Part shown: positions 41,285-51,545 of the stretch, one piece after another
Layout of the letters: each line of letters begins with the position of its first letter
How positions within the stretch are numbered: the stretch's first letter is position 1
Source of the DNA: an uncultured bacterium
GTDB taxonomy: Bacteria; Krumholzibacteriota; Krumholzibacteriia; LZORAL124-64-63
Assembly (NCBI GenBank): GCA_963732385.1
Contig: CAVSZB010000003.1
Span: 128,001-192,000 of the forward strand
DNA: 64,000 nt
Reading direction: 5' to 3'
Position numbers and translations under genes: made by a program
The notes under the pieces: generated by a model
Told to the model about the DNA's origin: nothing
The model's database searches: none
What the model saw: only the letters and a program-made list of their open reading frames with translations

Positions 41285-42787
41285 TTGCCAAGTCTCGGAT
41301 CCGACGCCAAACCCCGCGCCGTCCGCCGGTCCCCCTGGACGCCGGCCCGGCTGTGGGGCCGGCTCTCGAACATGCGCTTCGCAATCTGGCTGCTGTTGCT
41401 CATGGCCATCGGCAGCATCGTGGGCGTGATCGTCAGCGACCAGTTTCCGACCGACCGGATGAACTGGGAACAGCTCGCCGAGAAGAAGGCGGGACCGGCG
41501 CTGTTCCCGATCCTGAAATTCTTCGGCATGTTCGACCCCTTCCGGTCGTGGTGGTTCCGCGGCCTGGTGGGGCTGCTGACGCTGGCGCTGCTGGCCTGCG
41601 CGATCAAGCGCGCCCGCGGCGTCTGGCGGCGCGCGCTGTTCGCGAGCTGGATCGATCACCCGCGTTTCTTCGAGCGCTACGACAATCGCGCCACGTACGA
41701 TTGCAAGGGCGACGATCCGTTCGCCATGATCACCGGGCCGCTGCGGCGCGCCCTGTACAGAGTGGAGCGCCGGCCCGGACCCGGGGACGCGCTCCTGCTG
41801 GCGGCGAATCGCGGCGGTCCGGCCCGCTTCGGTCCGTTCCTGAGCCACGCCGGCCTGCTGTTCCTGCTGGTGGGCGGCCTCGTCTCCACCGTGTTCGGCC
41901 TCAAGACGATGCTCTGGCTGGCGCCGGGCGAGAGTTCCGGCATGCTCACCGTCGGTGATATGGGCGAGCAGGAGCACGCGCTGCCGTTCACGATCACCGT
42001 CGACGATTTCAACGTCGAGTTGAACGAGCAGGGGATGGTCAAACAGTACCGCTCCGACCTCTCGGTCACGCCGCGCGTCGGCGAGACCTTCAAACAGCAG
42101 ATCGCGGTGAACCACCCGTTGCGTTACGGTGGCTACAACTTCTACCAGGCCAGCTACCAGCCGGCCCACGACCGGGTGAAGAGCCTGATCGCGGCGGTGC
42201 GCGACACGTCCGGCAACGAGCTGTCGCCGGCGCGCGAGGTGCGCTTCGGCGAACGCCTGCCGCTCGGCGGCGGGTTCGAGGCGGAGGCGACGCGCTATCT
42301 GTCGGACGCGCGGGTCGGTCCCAACGGCCTGCAGAATGTCTCGCCCGACCCCAACAACCCCGCCTTCCTCTTCCGCATCCTGCAGGACGGGCGGCAGGTC
42401 GGCACCCAGTGGGTGTTCGCGCGCTTCCCTGACCTGGCGATGGGGGACTGGACGGAGCGGCGGGTGGCCGTGCAGAACTTCGAGCCGGCCTACGCGACCG
42501 GACTCGAGGTCACGCGGGCGCCGTTCGTCGGCCTGATCTGGGCCGGCCTGTTGCTGAGCACGGTCGGTCTCGTGCTGTCGTTCAACGTGGCGCACCGGCA
42601 GCTCTGGGCCCATGCCGAACCGGACGGCCGGGGGGGATGGCAGGTCCACGTGGCGGTGTTCACCAACCGGGCCAGCCTGCTCTTCGGCCAGGACTTCCGT
42701 CGCTGGGCCGAGAAGTGGGGCGCCGACCCCGGCGTCAGGAACCTGCGCGTGGCGACGCGCGCGGATGCAAAGGAGAAGGCCGCTTGA
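41285..42787 (+). CDS. resB: Cytochrome c biogenesis protein ResB (system II)
   Basis: SNMRFAIWLL, FRSWWF, LSHAG, VNHPLRYGGYNFYQASY; start uncertain. Confidence 0.88.
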   Translation: MPSLGSDAKPRAVRRSPWTPARLWGRLSNMRFAIWLLLLMAIGSIVGVIVSDQFPTDRMNWEQLAEKKAGPALFPILKFFGMFDPFRSWWFRGLVGLLTLALLACAIKRARGVWRRALFASWIDHPRFFERYDNRATYDCKGDDPFAMITGPLRRALYRVERRPGPGDALLLAANRGGPARFGPFLSHAGLLFLLVGGLVSTVFGLKTMLWLAPGESSGMLTVGDMGEQEHALPFTITVDDFNVELNEQGMVKQYRSDLSVTPRVGETFKQQIAVNHPLRYGGYNFYQASYQPAHDRVKSLIAAVRDTSGNELSPAREVRFGERLPLGGGFEAEATRYLSDARVGPNGLQNVSPDPNNPAFLFRILQDGRQVGTQWVFARFPDLAMGDWTERRVAVQNFEPAYATGLEVTRAPFVGLIWAGLLLSTVGLVLSFNVAHRQLWAHAEPDGRGGWQVHVAVFTNRASLLFGQDFRRWAEKWGADPGVRNLRVATRADAKEKAA

Positions 42788-43659
42788 CGACGCAACTCGT
42801 TCCCGGCGGGGCGTGGGTCCTCGGGGCGGCCTTCACCGGCGCCCCCGACAGCGCCCTGTTCACGGTCACCTTCGCGCTGTATCTGCTGTCGTTCCTGGCC
42901 TTCGTCGTCTTCGGGGCGACGAAGCGGCCGCCGCTCGCGCGCGCGGCCACCGCGCTGATCGCGCTGGGCGTGGTTGCGCACACGGCGGCCATCATCGTGC
43001 GCTGGCGGGCGTCCGGCCACGTGCCGTTCGCCAACATGTACGAGTACGCGAACATCATGGCCTGGATGGCCGTGGTCTCGTTCCTCATCATCATGTGGCG
43101 CTACAACAAGCCGATCATCGGCGTGGTCGTGTCGCCGCTGGTGGTGATCCTGATCGTCAGCGCCTCGATGCTGCCCAACGACGTCACGCAGCAGCTCGTG
43201 CCGGCGCTGCAGAGCTACTGGCTGCCGATCCACGTGGTGCTCGCCGCGCTGGGCGAGGGGGCGTTCCTGGTCGCCACGGCGGTCAGCGTGATGTACCTGA
43301 TCGTGTCCCGCCGGCGTTTGCGCGCCGCGGCCGACGCCTCGCCGGGAGGGATCTCCCTCGAGATGCTCGAGGAGATCAACTACAAGGCGCTCAGCATCGG
43401 CTACCCCCTGTTCACGGTCGGAGCGCTGTTCGCCGGCGCCGTCTGGGCCTACGAGGCGTGGGGCTCGTTCTGGAGCTGGGACCCGAAGGAAGTGGGCGCG
43501 CTCGTGGTCTGGCTCTTCTACACCCTGTTCCTGCATGGCCGCTACAATCGCGGCTGGCGCGGGCGCAAGGCCGCCTGGATGTCGGTGCTCGGCTTCATCA
43601 TGATTCTGGCGAGCTTCTTCGGGAATCTCGTGCTGGGCGGGCAGCACGCCTACGGATGA
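42784..43659 (+). CDS. ccsA: Cytochrome c biogenesis protein CcsA/ResC
   Basis: HVPFANMYE, PALQSYWLPIH, WAYEAWGSFWSWDPKE (WWD domain), GQHAYG. Confidence 0.93.
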   Translation: MTTQLVPGGAWVLGAAFTGAPDSALFTVTFALYLLSFLAFVVFGATKRPPLARAATALIALGVVAHTAAIIVRWRASGHVPFANMYEYANIMAWMAVVSFLIIMWRYNKPIIGVVVSPLVVILIVSASMLPNDVTQQLVPALQSYWLPIHVVLAALGEGAFLVATAVSVMYLIVSRRRLRAAADASPGGISLEMLEEINYKALSIGYPLFTVGALFAGAVWAYEAWGSFWSWDPKEVGALVVWLFYTLFLHGRYNRGWRGRKAAWMSVLGFIMILASFFGNLVLGGQHAYG

Positions 43660-43699
43660 TCGCTGGCGTCCGGCCGGCCGCCGCACAAAGGATCGCCGA

Positions 43700-43737
43700 C
43701 AAACAGAACGGTCGGCGCCACGGGGCGCCGACCGTTC
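43700..43737 (-). terminator. Intrinsic terminator between convergent genes
   Basis: 14-bp perfect stem GAACGGTCGGCGCC / GGCGCCGACCGTTC; T-rich tail on the minus strand. Confidence 0.75.
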
Positions 43738-43755
43738 GCGTCGGGGGATCAGGGA

Positions 43756-44538
43756 TCAGAAGTTCTCCCGCCACTGCAGGCGCGTGAAGCTGGCGCCGGC
43801 GTTCATCTCGTCCACGATCTCGGCCGCGGTGAGGGCGCGCTTCCAGATCTTCACCTCGTCTAGCGTGCCGGGAAAGGCGTTTTCCCACTCCCCGACCGCC
43901 TCGGCCAGCGCCCCCACGCCCAGCGGCAGGCTGGCGTTGCTGCTCACGTTCACGGTCCCCGTGCAGGCCGAGTTGCCGAGTTGAACGCCGTCCAGGTAGA
44001 CCCGCAGCCGGCTGCCGTCGTAGGTGCCGGCCACGTGGTACCAGGTTCCGGCCGACAGGCCGGCGCCGGGGATCGTCGCCGTCAGCGTGCGGCGGGACGA
44101 GCCGACGATCACGCTGAACGGGATGCGCTTGTCGTTGGCGTGCAACTCGAGCTGCCAGTCGGTGGCCTCCGAGCGGCCGACGAGCGTCTGCTCGTCGTTG
44201 TCCGTGCCGGTCAGCTTCAGCCACGCCATGACCGTCAGACCGGTTGTCACCCGCAGGCTCGTGTGCCACGGCACCTGGATGTAGCGCGCGCCGGTCGAGG
44301 TCAGCCCTTCGAACAGGAGCGCCCCGCCGCGATGACCCGTGACCCAGTCGGGCCCGTTCACCCCCGCCACGACCGTGCCGTTGTTGGCCAGCCCGGAGGA
44401 ATCGACCGCGGCCGTGCCGCTGGTCGCGTCGAGCTTCAGGTACAGGATCAGGTCAGGATCGGCCGCGCGCGCCGGCGCGGCAAGCCACACCACGGTCGCC
44501 AGCGCGAACGTCAGGAACGAATTGCGGCGCAACGACAT
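43756..44538 (-). CDS. Secreted LamG/ConA-like lectin domain protein
   Basis: Signal peptide; WYHVAGTYDGSRLRVYLDG; GTLDEVKIWKRALTAAEI. Confidence 0.85.
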   Translation of the reverse strand: MSLRRNSFLTFALATVVWLAAPARAADPDLILYLKLDATSGTAAVDSSGLANNGTVVAGVNGPDWVTGHRGGALLFEGLTSTGARYIQVPWHTSLRVTTGLTVMAWLKLTGTDNDEQTLVGRSEATDWQLELHANDKRIPFSVIVGSSRRTLTATIPGAGLSAGTWYHVAGTYDGSRLRVYLDGVQLGNSACTGTVNVSSNASLPLGVGALAEAVGEWENAFPGTLDEVKIWKRALTAAEIVDEMNAGASFTRLQWRENF

Positions 44539-44647
44539 GACAGTAACCTCCGCCGGACGCGGCCGTGCGCCGGCCCCTTCTTATCGGCGGCGGCGGCAGG
44601 GGCTGTAGGGGCAGAGGGGCGGCGGCGTGACAGGTCCGCCGGCCCGC

Positions 44648-45949
44648 TCAGCGGATCCGGGGGGGGGCGGTGGGGCTGAATACGATGGTGGCGGTGCGGA
44701 CGGCGCTGAACCAGTCATTGCGGAACTGACCGTAGACGACCTTTGTCCCGGGCAGGATACGCAGACTGTCGGGGTCAGCGCTGAATGTAAATTCGCTGGC
44801 GGCGGCCCAGGCAAGCCACGGCACGGACGGAAAAGCGGGGTCTTCGCTGAAGCGCATTTCGGTGGCGACGGCGACGCTGGCCAGTGCGACCGACGGCTCA
44901 AGGGTGACGGCGGCGCCGCCGGCGAGCTGGAAGCTGGCGGAGGCGAGATCGTCCGGCTCGCAGAGCAGGCTGTCCACGAACGTGTAGCCGAAGTCCCCCT
45001 CGAACTCCCCGTACAGCCATTGCGGTGACGCCGCGGCGCCGAGAACATCGCCGGTGAACCAGGCGTGGTCGGTCACGAACGAATCGGGCGCGGCCCAGGT
45101 CATCGCCGACAGTTCCGCGCGCGTCGGCGCGAAACGCAGACGGGTCATGCCGGCGCTGCCGGGGATATCCAGGGTGAGACGGCGCGTGGCCAGGGTCGCC
45201 GGCAGGGCGCGAATCTGGAGGTCGGGTCGGAACGACGTCACCACGGAGTCGTGCGTGACGAGCGAGAACACCGCGCCCGTCTTCACGCGCAGCCAGACCC
45301 ACATGCGCTGGCCGTTGGCGGTCGCGGCGCCGAGATCCCATGTCACATGGTTGGTGTCGGTCGTGCTCGCAACCAGGCGCAGCGCGCCGGCGAACGTGGC
45401 GTTGTCCGCGATTTCCAGCGAATCGCCCGCCGCGGTCACGATCGAGAGGGTGACGTGGCGTGTCGGCGTGGTCTGGGCGCCGCCGGCGATGTCGAGACGG
45501 GGATACGTCAGGCCGGCCGCCGCCACCTGGCGCGACGTTCCCGATACCTCTCCCGCCGTGTTGCGCGCGCGCACCTTGTAGTAGTTGACCCGGTTGGGGA
45601 CGAACGAGGTGTCGAAATAGCTGTTCACGTCGGCAGTCGTTGCGTCAACGGAGTAAAAATTCTGGTTGTCGAGAGAACGCCGCACTTCGTAGGCCGCGAT
45701 GTCGGAGAATGGGGGCGCGTCCCAGAGCAGGACGACCGCGTTCTCCGTCGCGAGGGCGGTCAGATGGAACGGATCGGCGGCCTCCGGATCGAACGGATTG
45801 GTCCAGGCGGGGGAGTCGGGCTTGCGCGCGCAGCCCGGGGCGAAGGTTGCAGTCAGCAACCCCAGCAACCCGAGCAGACCCAGAAACGCCGCGGGTGCGA
45901 GGCGAACGGGGGAGCGGGCGGTGAAGCGGCGGTGGCGCATCGCGGACAT
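44648..45949 (-). CDS. Lipoprotein with fibronectin type III domain
   Basis: Lipobox APGC, NPFDP, LLWD...YEVRR...YYKVRARN. Confidence 0.7.
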   Translation of the reverse strand: MSAMRHRRFTARSPVRLAPAAFLGLLGLLGLLTATFAPGCARKPDSPAWTNPFDPEAADPFHLTALATENAVVLLWDAPPFSDIAAYEVRRSLDNQNFYSVDATTADVNSYFDTSFVPNRVNYYKVRARNTAGEVSGTSRQVAAAGLTYPRLDIAGGAQTTPTRHVTLSIVTAAGDSLEIADNATFAGALRLVASTTDTNHVTWDLGAATANGQRMWVWLRVKTGAVFSLVTHDSVVTSFRPDLQIRALPATLATRRLTLDIPGSAGMTRLRFAPTRAELSAMTWAAPDSFVTDHAWFTGDVLGAAASPQWLYGEFEGDFGYTFVDSLLCEPDDLASASFQLAGGAAVTLEPSVALASVAVATEMRFSEDPAFPSVPWLAWAAASEFTFSADPDSLRILPGTKVVYGQFRNDWFSAVRTATIVFSPTAPPRIR

Positions 45950-45966
45950 CCTCCCTGAGCGACCGG

Positions 45967-46746
45967 TCAGAAGCGGGCGGTCCAGCCGACATGCAGCGCG
46001 GCGCCGGCCGTAGACGGTGCTCCCGCCGTCACGGTTTCCGCCGCGGACGCTGAGGCCGCCGCCCCCTCAGGCAGGAGCCCCGCGCCCGTATCGAATGACG
46101 GAAAGCGCAACCAGGCGTCGAGCACGCTGACGACAATTGCGCCGGCAGCCACGAGCAGGCCGGTCCGGCGCAGCGACTCCGCATCTTCCACCCGGGTCCA
46201 CGCCGCCGCGGCTTCGGCGCGCCGCGCAACGATCTCCTCGTCCGTGATGGCGTTAAGGTAGGCGTCGTAGATCACCGCGTAGTCGTCGCGCCGGTTGCGC
46301 AACGACAATTCGCCGACCAGTCCGGTCACCAGACCGCCCGCCTCGAGGCCGGTCAGGGCCCAGCCGAGCGCCGGCCGTCCAATATGCTGTTGCCCCAGCC
46401 CGGCGAACACGAGGCTGAAGAGCGCGCTGTCGCGACGGCGCAGCGGGATCAGGCGGGCGTAAAGGCGATGCGCGTCGCTTTCGTGGGCGATCAGGACGTC
46501 TGCATTGAACGGCTCGTAGCCGCGCAGCGCGCAGGTCACGACATGCAGGCCCGGCGTCAGCGAAACGGGCGAGACCAGCGGCAGCCGCCCTGACGGGGCG
46601 CCGTCGACAGTGACGGCCGTGCCGGCCGGACCGTCGATTTCCAGGGTCGCGGCGGCGGCCATGGTGGTGGCGAGCAGGAGGGCCAGGACCGCGGAGCCGG
46701 CGAACAGCCGTCCAGGGACCGCAACAGGCAAAGGCGCGAAACGCAT
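45967..46746 (-). CDS. PEGA-domain protein with C-terminal membrane region
   Basis: GPAGTAVTVDG, LTPGLHVV, GYEP; SLVFAGLGQ. Confidence 0.65.
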   Translation of the reverse strand: MRFAPLPVAVPGRLFAGSAVLALLLATTMAAAATLEIDGPAGTAVTVDGAPSGRLPLVSPVSLTPGLHVVTCALRGYEPFNADVLIAHESDAHRLYARLIPLRRRDSALFSLVFAGLGQQHIGRPALGWALTGLEAGGLVTGLVGELSLRNRRDDYAVIYDAYLNAITDEEIVARRAEAAAAWTRVEDAESLRRTGLLVAAGAIVVSVLDAWLRFPSFDTGAGLLPEGAAASASAAETVTAGAPSTAGAALHVGWTARF

Positions 46747-46919
46747 GGGCGGCAGCCTTCCCGGGGCGGCAGGTTCATGTTGAGTTGAGCGCCCGCACAT
46801 TATAGGCCACGCCACCGACGGCGCAAAGCACGACCTCCCGCCCGTCCTGCCACCCGGGCATGGCGGCAGGGACTTGTTGCCGACGCAGGAGGTGAGCAGG
46901 GGAGGGCTGGTCAGGCGGC

Positions 46920-47354
46920 TCAATCCCGGTGGTACGCGTGCCCCTTCAGGATCGTCAGGCCGCGGTAGATCTGCTCGGTCAGCAGCAGGCGGGCCAGTTC
47001 GTGGGGGAGGGTCAGGGTGGACAGGCGCACGGTGCGCGCGGCGCGGGCGCGGACGGCGGCGCCGAGGCCGTCGGGGCCGCCGATCAGGAAATCGATCGCG
47101 CCGTGGCGCCCGAGCAGGTCGGCCAGACCGCGGGAGGTCAGTTCGTCGCCCCGCTCGTCGAGCGCCACCACCAGGGAGTGGCCGGCTGCGGAACCGAGGC
47201 GGCGCAACATGGCCTCCGCCTCGCGGTCGGGCCCCTCGTCGCGCAGTTCAACGGTTTCGAAGGGGGCCAGGGGGCGGATGCGCTGCGCGTATTCCTCCAC
47301 TAATGCCGCAATTCGGCGCTCTTTGAGTCGCCCCACGGCGATAACGCGGATCAT
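46920..47354 (-). CDS. rlmH: 23S rRNA (pseudouridine1915-N3)-methyltransferase
   Basis: IAVGRLK, LDERG, FLIGGPDG, TLPHELARL, EQIYR, HAYH. Confidence 0.95.
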   Translation of the reverse strand: MIRVIAVGRLKERRIAALVEEYAQRIRPLAPFETVELRDEGPDREAEAMLRRLGSAAGHSLVVALDERGDELTSRGLADLLGRHGAIDFLIGGPDGLGAAVRARAARTVRLSTLTLPHELARLLLTEQIYRGLTILKGHAYHRD

Positions 47355-47546
47355 TCTTATCTCCTTCGGAATAAAGGAGCTTAACAAGTTCTTGATTCCT
47401 TGGACAGCCCTCCCTTATTTTGTCGCGGCAACCGATCCGTCCGGCGCCGCCGCGCGGTCTGCCCGCCCGGCGGTCCGGAACCGCCGTAGCGGCCAGCTCG
47501 CCAGCCGTGTCGATCCCGGAACACCCAGTCAGGGGCAGTGGTATTG

Positions 47547-48005
47547 ATGAATTCTTCCATGCCTCCCGCCGCGGTCAGCAGTGGCGTACAGGCTGATTTT
47601 GCGACCGTCCTCATCTTTATCCTGTTCGGGATATTTTTCGGCCTCCTCGCGCTGGGCATCGCCCGGCTGCTGCGGCCGAATCATCCCACCCCGGAGAAGC
47701 TGACTACCTACGAGTGCGGAGAGCTGCCGCGCGGCTCGTCGTGGGTGCGCTTCAATGTCCGGTTCTATCTGGTGGCGCTGTTCTTCATCGTCTTTGACGT
47801 CGAGGTCATCTTCCTCTTCCCGTGGGCGGTCGTTTTCCGCCAGTTCCTGGGGGTGAGCGGCCTCGGCGCGCTCGTCTTCTGGGAGATGGTCCTGTTTCTG
47901 ACGATTCTCGCGGCGGGGCTGGCGTATGTCTGGGGCAAGGGGGACCTCGACTGGGTCCGGAGCCTGGCCGCCCGTCCGTCGGGCGAGGAGGTGGCGGCCG
48001 AATGA
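47547..48005 (+). CDS. nuoA: NADH-quinone oxidoreductase subunit A
   Basis: [24 protein letters not shown]. Confidence 0.95.
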   Translation: MNSSMPPAAVSSGVQADFATVLIFILFGIFFGLLALGIARLLRPNHPTPEKLTTYECGELPRGSSWVRFNVRFYLVALFFIVFDVEVIFLFPWAVVFRQFLGVSGLGALVFWEMVLFLTILAAGLAYVWGKGDLDWVRSLAARPSGEEVAAE

Positions 48006-48640
48006 CCGCCCGCGATTACATCCCCGAGAGCACCACGCCGCCGCCCGGTTACGATCCCGCCCGCGAGCAGATGCTCGATTTCGGCGTCGACGACGACCTG
48101 GCGAAGGTGGTCGACAGCGACCGCAAGAATTTCATCCTGACGACGCTCGACGAGGTGTTCAACTGGGCCAGGCTGTCGAGCATCTGGCCGGTCACCTTTG
48201 GCCTCGCCTGCTGCGCGATCGAGATGATGTCCGCGAGCGCGACACGCTATGACATCGACCGCTTCGGCGCCGGCGCGTTCCGGCCCACGCCGCGGCAGGC
48301 CGACCTCATGATCGTTTCGGGCACCGTCACCGCGAAAATGGCCTCGCGCCTCAAGCGCATCTACGACCAGATGCCCGAACCGAAATGGGTCGTGGCGATG
48401 GGTTCGTGCGCCATCGGCGGCGGGCCCTACTTCAAGTACGGTTACCACGTCGTCAAGGGCGTGGACCTGCTGGTGCCGGTCGATGTCTACATTCCGGGCT
48501 GCCCGCCGCGGCCGGAAGTGCTGTTCGACGGGCTGATGCGGCTGCAGGACAAGATCCGCGGGCGCCGGGGCAAATTCCGGCCGCCGGTCTGGGTGTCGGA
48601 ATACGCAAAGAAGATCCCGTACCAGAACACGGGCAAGTAA
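48002..48640 (+). CDS. nuoB: NADH-quinone oxidoreductase subunit B
   Basis: [27 protein letters not shown]. Confidence 0.96.
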   Translation: MTARDYIPESTTPPPGYDPAREQMLDFGVDDDLAKVVDSDRKNFILTTLDEVFNWARLSSIWPVTFGLACCAIEMMSASATRYDIDRFGAGAFRPTPRQADLMIVSGTVTAKMASRLKRIYDQMPEPKWVVAMGSCAIGGGPYFKYGYHVVKGVDLLVPVDVYIPGCPPRPEVLFDGLMRLQDKIRGRRGKFRPPVWVSEYAKKIPYQNTGK

Positions 48641-48649
48641 GGGGGGCGC

Positions 48650-49282
48650 ATGGAGCAGGCGGATATCCACGCGCTGCTGGTCGGGAAGTTCGGCGAAGCC
48701 GTCACCGGCTGGCGTGCCGACGGTCCGGAACCGTGCGCGGAGATCGCGCCGGCGCGGATCGCCGATGTGGCGCTCTTCCTGCGCGATGACCCGCGTCTCG
48801 CCTGCGATTCGCTGATGTGCCTGTCCGGCGTCGACTGGGACGGCTACGATGCGTCGGGCAAGGGCAAGAGCGTGGCGATACTCGGTTACGACGCCGATGG
48901 CAAGGCGCAGCGCAGCGAACGCGTCGGCACCGGTGACTTCGGCGTGGTCTACCACCTCTTCTCGAACACGCACCGCCACAAGTTCACGCTGCAGACGCGC
49001 GTGCCGCGGGCGGAACCGCAGCTGCCGACCGTTGGCGGGGTCTGGGTGACGGCCGCCTGGCATGAGCGCGAGGCGTTCGACCTCTTCGGTATCGTCTTCG
49101 AGGGCCACCCCGATCTCCGGCGCATCCTGCTCGAGGACGGCTGGGTCGGTCATCCGCTGCGCAAGGACTACCAGATGCCGGACCAGTGGGACGGCGTGCC
49201 GCTCGAGGGTCGATCTTACAGCGTCAGCCACGCGCAGCCGGTGCTGCCCCCGCCCGGCCCCGCGGCCCCCAGCGAAGGATGA
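48650..49282 (+). CDS. nuoC: NADH-quinone oxidoreductase subunit C
   Basis: WHEREAFDLFGIVFEGHPDLRRILL, GHPLRKDY. Confidence 0.95.
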   Translation: MEQADIHALLVGKFGEAVTGWRADGPEPCAEIAPARIADVALFLRDDPRLACDSLMCLSGVDWDGYDASGKGKSVAILGYDADGKAQRSERVGTGDFGVVYHLFSNTHRHKFTLQTRVPRAEPQLPTVGGVWVTAAWHEREAFDLFGIVFEGHPDLRRILLEDGWVGHPLRKDYQMPDQWDGVPLEGRSYSVSHAQPVLPPPGPAAPSEG

Positions 49283-50457
49283 ACGGCATGGCCACCACGC
49301 ATGACGGCGTCCCCCCGCGGGACGACACCGGCTCGCTGCCGCGGATGAAGTCGGATCTGCTGGAGCTCAACATGGGGCCGCAGCATCCGTCCACGCACGG
49401 CGTGCTGCGCCTGCTCATCCACACCGACGGCGAGATCGTGCACTCGGTGCGCCCGTACATCGGCTACCTGCACCGCTGCGCTGAGAAGACCGCCGAGGGC
49501 TGCGACTACCGGCAGTGGATCGTCTATACGGACCGCTTCGACTATCTCGCCCCGATGAACTGCAACTTCGGCTACGTGGTGGCGGTGGAGAAGCTGCTGG
49601 GGATTGCGATTCCGGAGCGCGCCGACTACATCCGGGTCATCTGCGCCGAGCTGCAGCGCATCGCCAGCCATCTTATCGCCTTCGGCACCTTCGGGCTCGA
49701 CATGGGGGCCTGGACTCCTCTGCTGTACGCCTTCCGCGAGCGCGAGGTGATCCTGAACATTTTCGAGCGGCTGTGCGGCGGGCGGATGCTCTACAACTAC
49801 TACGACATCGGCGGCGTCCGCTTCGACCTTCCGGATCGCCTGGTTGAGGAAATCACGGAATTCCTCGACATCTTCGAGCCGAAGCTCGACGAGTACAACA
49901 CGCTGCTCAGCTACAACAAGATCTTCATCGAGCGCACCGCAGACGTGGGCGTGCTGAGCGTGGCCGACGCCCACGCGTTCGGCTGCACGGGGCCGGTGCT
50001 GCGCGGGTCCGGCGTGTCGTGGGACTGTCGTCGCGACGACCCGTACTCGGTCTATGACCGGTTCGAGTTCGACATCCCGGTCGGCCAGGGCGAGGTGGGC
50101 ACGGTCGGCGACTGCTGGGACCGGTACATGGTGCGCGTCCGCGAGATGGCGGAGTCGTGCCGTATCGTGCGGCAGGCCCTGAGCAGTCTGCCGGACGGCC
50201 CGGTGAAGTCGGACCAGGTGAAGAAAGTCGTGAAGGTGCCTGCGGGCGCGGCCTATACGCGCACGGAGAGCAGCAAGGGCGAACTGGGCTTCTACGTCGT
50301 CGCCGACGGCGGCGCCACGCCGTTCCGCCTGAAGGTGCGGTCGCCCTCGTTCTCCAATCTGCACGTGATCGAGAAGCTCGGGCCGGGTCAGATGATCTCG
50401 GATCTGGTGGCGGCCGTGGGCTCGCTGGACCTCGTTCTCGGGGAGATCGACAGGTAG
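49279..50457 (+). CDS. nuoD: NADH-quinone oxidoreductase subunit D
   Basis: NMGPQHPSTHGVLRL, GYLHR, GEIDR; no NiFe CxxC. Confidence 0.96.
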   Translation: MNGMATTHDGVPPRDDTGSLPRMKSDLLELNMGPQHPSTHGVLRLLIHTDGEIVHSVRPYIGYLHRCAEKTAEGCDYRQWIVYTDRFDYLAPMNCNFGYVVAVEKLLGIAIPERADYIRVICAELQRIASHLIAFGTFGLDMGAWTPLLYAFREREVILNIFERLCGGRMLYNYYDIGGVRFDLPDRLVEEITEFLDIFEPKLDEYNTLLSYNKIFIERTADVGVLSVADAHAFGCTGPVLRGSGVSWDCRRDDPYSVYDRFEFDIPVGQGEVGTVGDCWDRYMVRVREMAESCRIVRQALSSLPDGPVKSDQVKKVVKVPAGAAYTRTESSKGELGFYVVADGGATPFRLKVRSPSFSNLHVIEKLGPGQMISDLVAAVGSLDLVLGEIDR

Positions 50458-50459
50458 CC

Positions 50460-51512
50460 ATGGATCAGGTGACCCGGTTGTTCACGGCCCTGGGCGGCGG
50501 CGCACTCGCGCCGCAGGTCCTGTTCGCGCTGGTCGGGCTGACGATGGCGCTGATCATGGCGCTGGTGATGGCGTCGTGCGCGATCGTCTTCACCTGGGCC
50601 GAACGCAAGGTGGCGGGCTACATCCAGAGCCGCTTCGGACCGATGCGCGTCGGCCGCTGGCACGGCGTCGGCCAGCCGATCGCCGATATGCTGAAGATCC
50701 TCCAGAAGGAGGACATCATTCCGGCCGAGGCCGACAAGCGGTTTTTCATCCTTGCGCCGTTCGTGCTCTTTCTCGGCTCGCTTCTGTCCTGGGCGGTGAT
50801 CCCGTTCGCGCCCGGGTTCCTGGCTGCCGACCTGGACACTGGCCTGCTCTTCATTTTCGCGGCCAGCAGCCTGGTCACGATCGGCATCCTGATGGCGGGC
50901 TGGGCCTCGAACAACAAGTGGTCGCTTTACGGGGCGGCGCGCGGCGCGGCGCAGATCGTCAGCTACGAGATCCCGCTCGCGCTGGCGGTGGTGCCGGTCG
51001 TTCTGTATGCCGGCTCGCTCAACATGACCGCCATCATCGACGCCCAGCAGGGCGGCTTCTGGCGCTGGTTCGTGTTCCGCAATCCATTCCTGTTCGTGTC
51101 GTTCTTCATCTACTACATCTGCTCCATCGCCGAGGTGAACCGCACCCCGTTCGACCTTCCCGAGACCGAATCGGAGCTGGTGGCCGGCTACCACACCGAG
51201 TATTCCGGGATGCGCTTCGCCTTCTTCTTCCTGGCCGAGTACGCGAACCTGTTCCTGGTTTCCTGCATCGCCACGGTCGTTTTCCTGGGCGGCTGGCAGC
51301 ACGCGATCCCCGGCGTGCACGTCGCGCCGGCCGCCGTGTTCCTGATCAAGGCGGTGCTGCTGGTTCTGGGGCAGATGTGGATCCGCTGGACGCTGCCGCG
51401 CCTGCGTGTCGACCAGCTCATGCACGTCTGCTGGAAAGTCATGATCCCGCTCGCGCTCCTCTGTCTGGTGGGCGCGGGCTTTTGGCTGATGGCGTTCAGC
51501 CGGCCGGCCTGA
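50460..51512 (+). CDS. nuoH: NADH-quinone oxidoreductase subunit H
   Basis: ERKV...RFGP, AQIVSYE, NRTPFDLPE, RLRVDQL. Confidence 0.96.
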   Translation: MDQVTRLFTALGGGALAPQVLFALVGLTMALIMALVMASCAIVFTWAERKVAGYIQSRFGPMRVGRWHGVGQPIADMLKILQKEDIIPAEADKRFFILAPFVLFLGSLLSWAVIPFAPGFLAADLDTGLLFIFAASSLVTIGILMAGWASNNKWSLYGAARGAAQIVSYEIPLALAVVPVVLYAGSLNMTAIIDAQQGGFWRWFVFRNPFLFVSFFIYYICSIAEVNRTPFDLPETESELVAGYHTEYSGMRFAFFFLAEYANLFLVSCIATVVFLGGWQHAIPGVHVAPAAVFLIKAVLLVLGQMWIRWTLPRLRVDQLMHVCWKVMIPLALLCLVGAGFWLMAFSRPA

Positions 51513-51545
51513 CGGTCTGGCGCCGGACGCCCCGGGAGAGGCCCC

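Noticed and set aside
46920..46960. rlmH 3' end as an integration site (orfX-like)
   Set aside because: No integrase or recombinase and no att-like duplicate seen downstream.
49279..50457. Group 4 NiFe-hydrogenase instead of complex I
   Set aside because: NuoD lacks the Ni-binding CxxC motifs and has the quinone-site HPSTHG and GYLHR.
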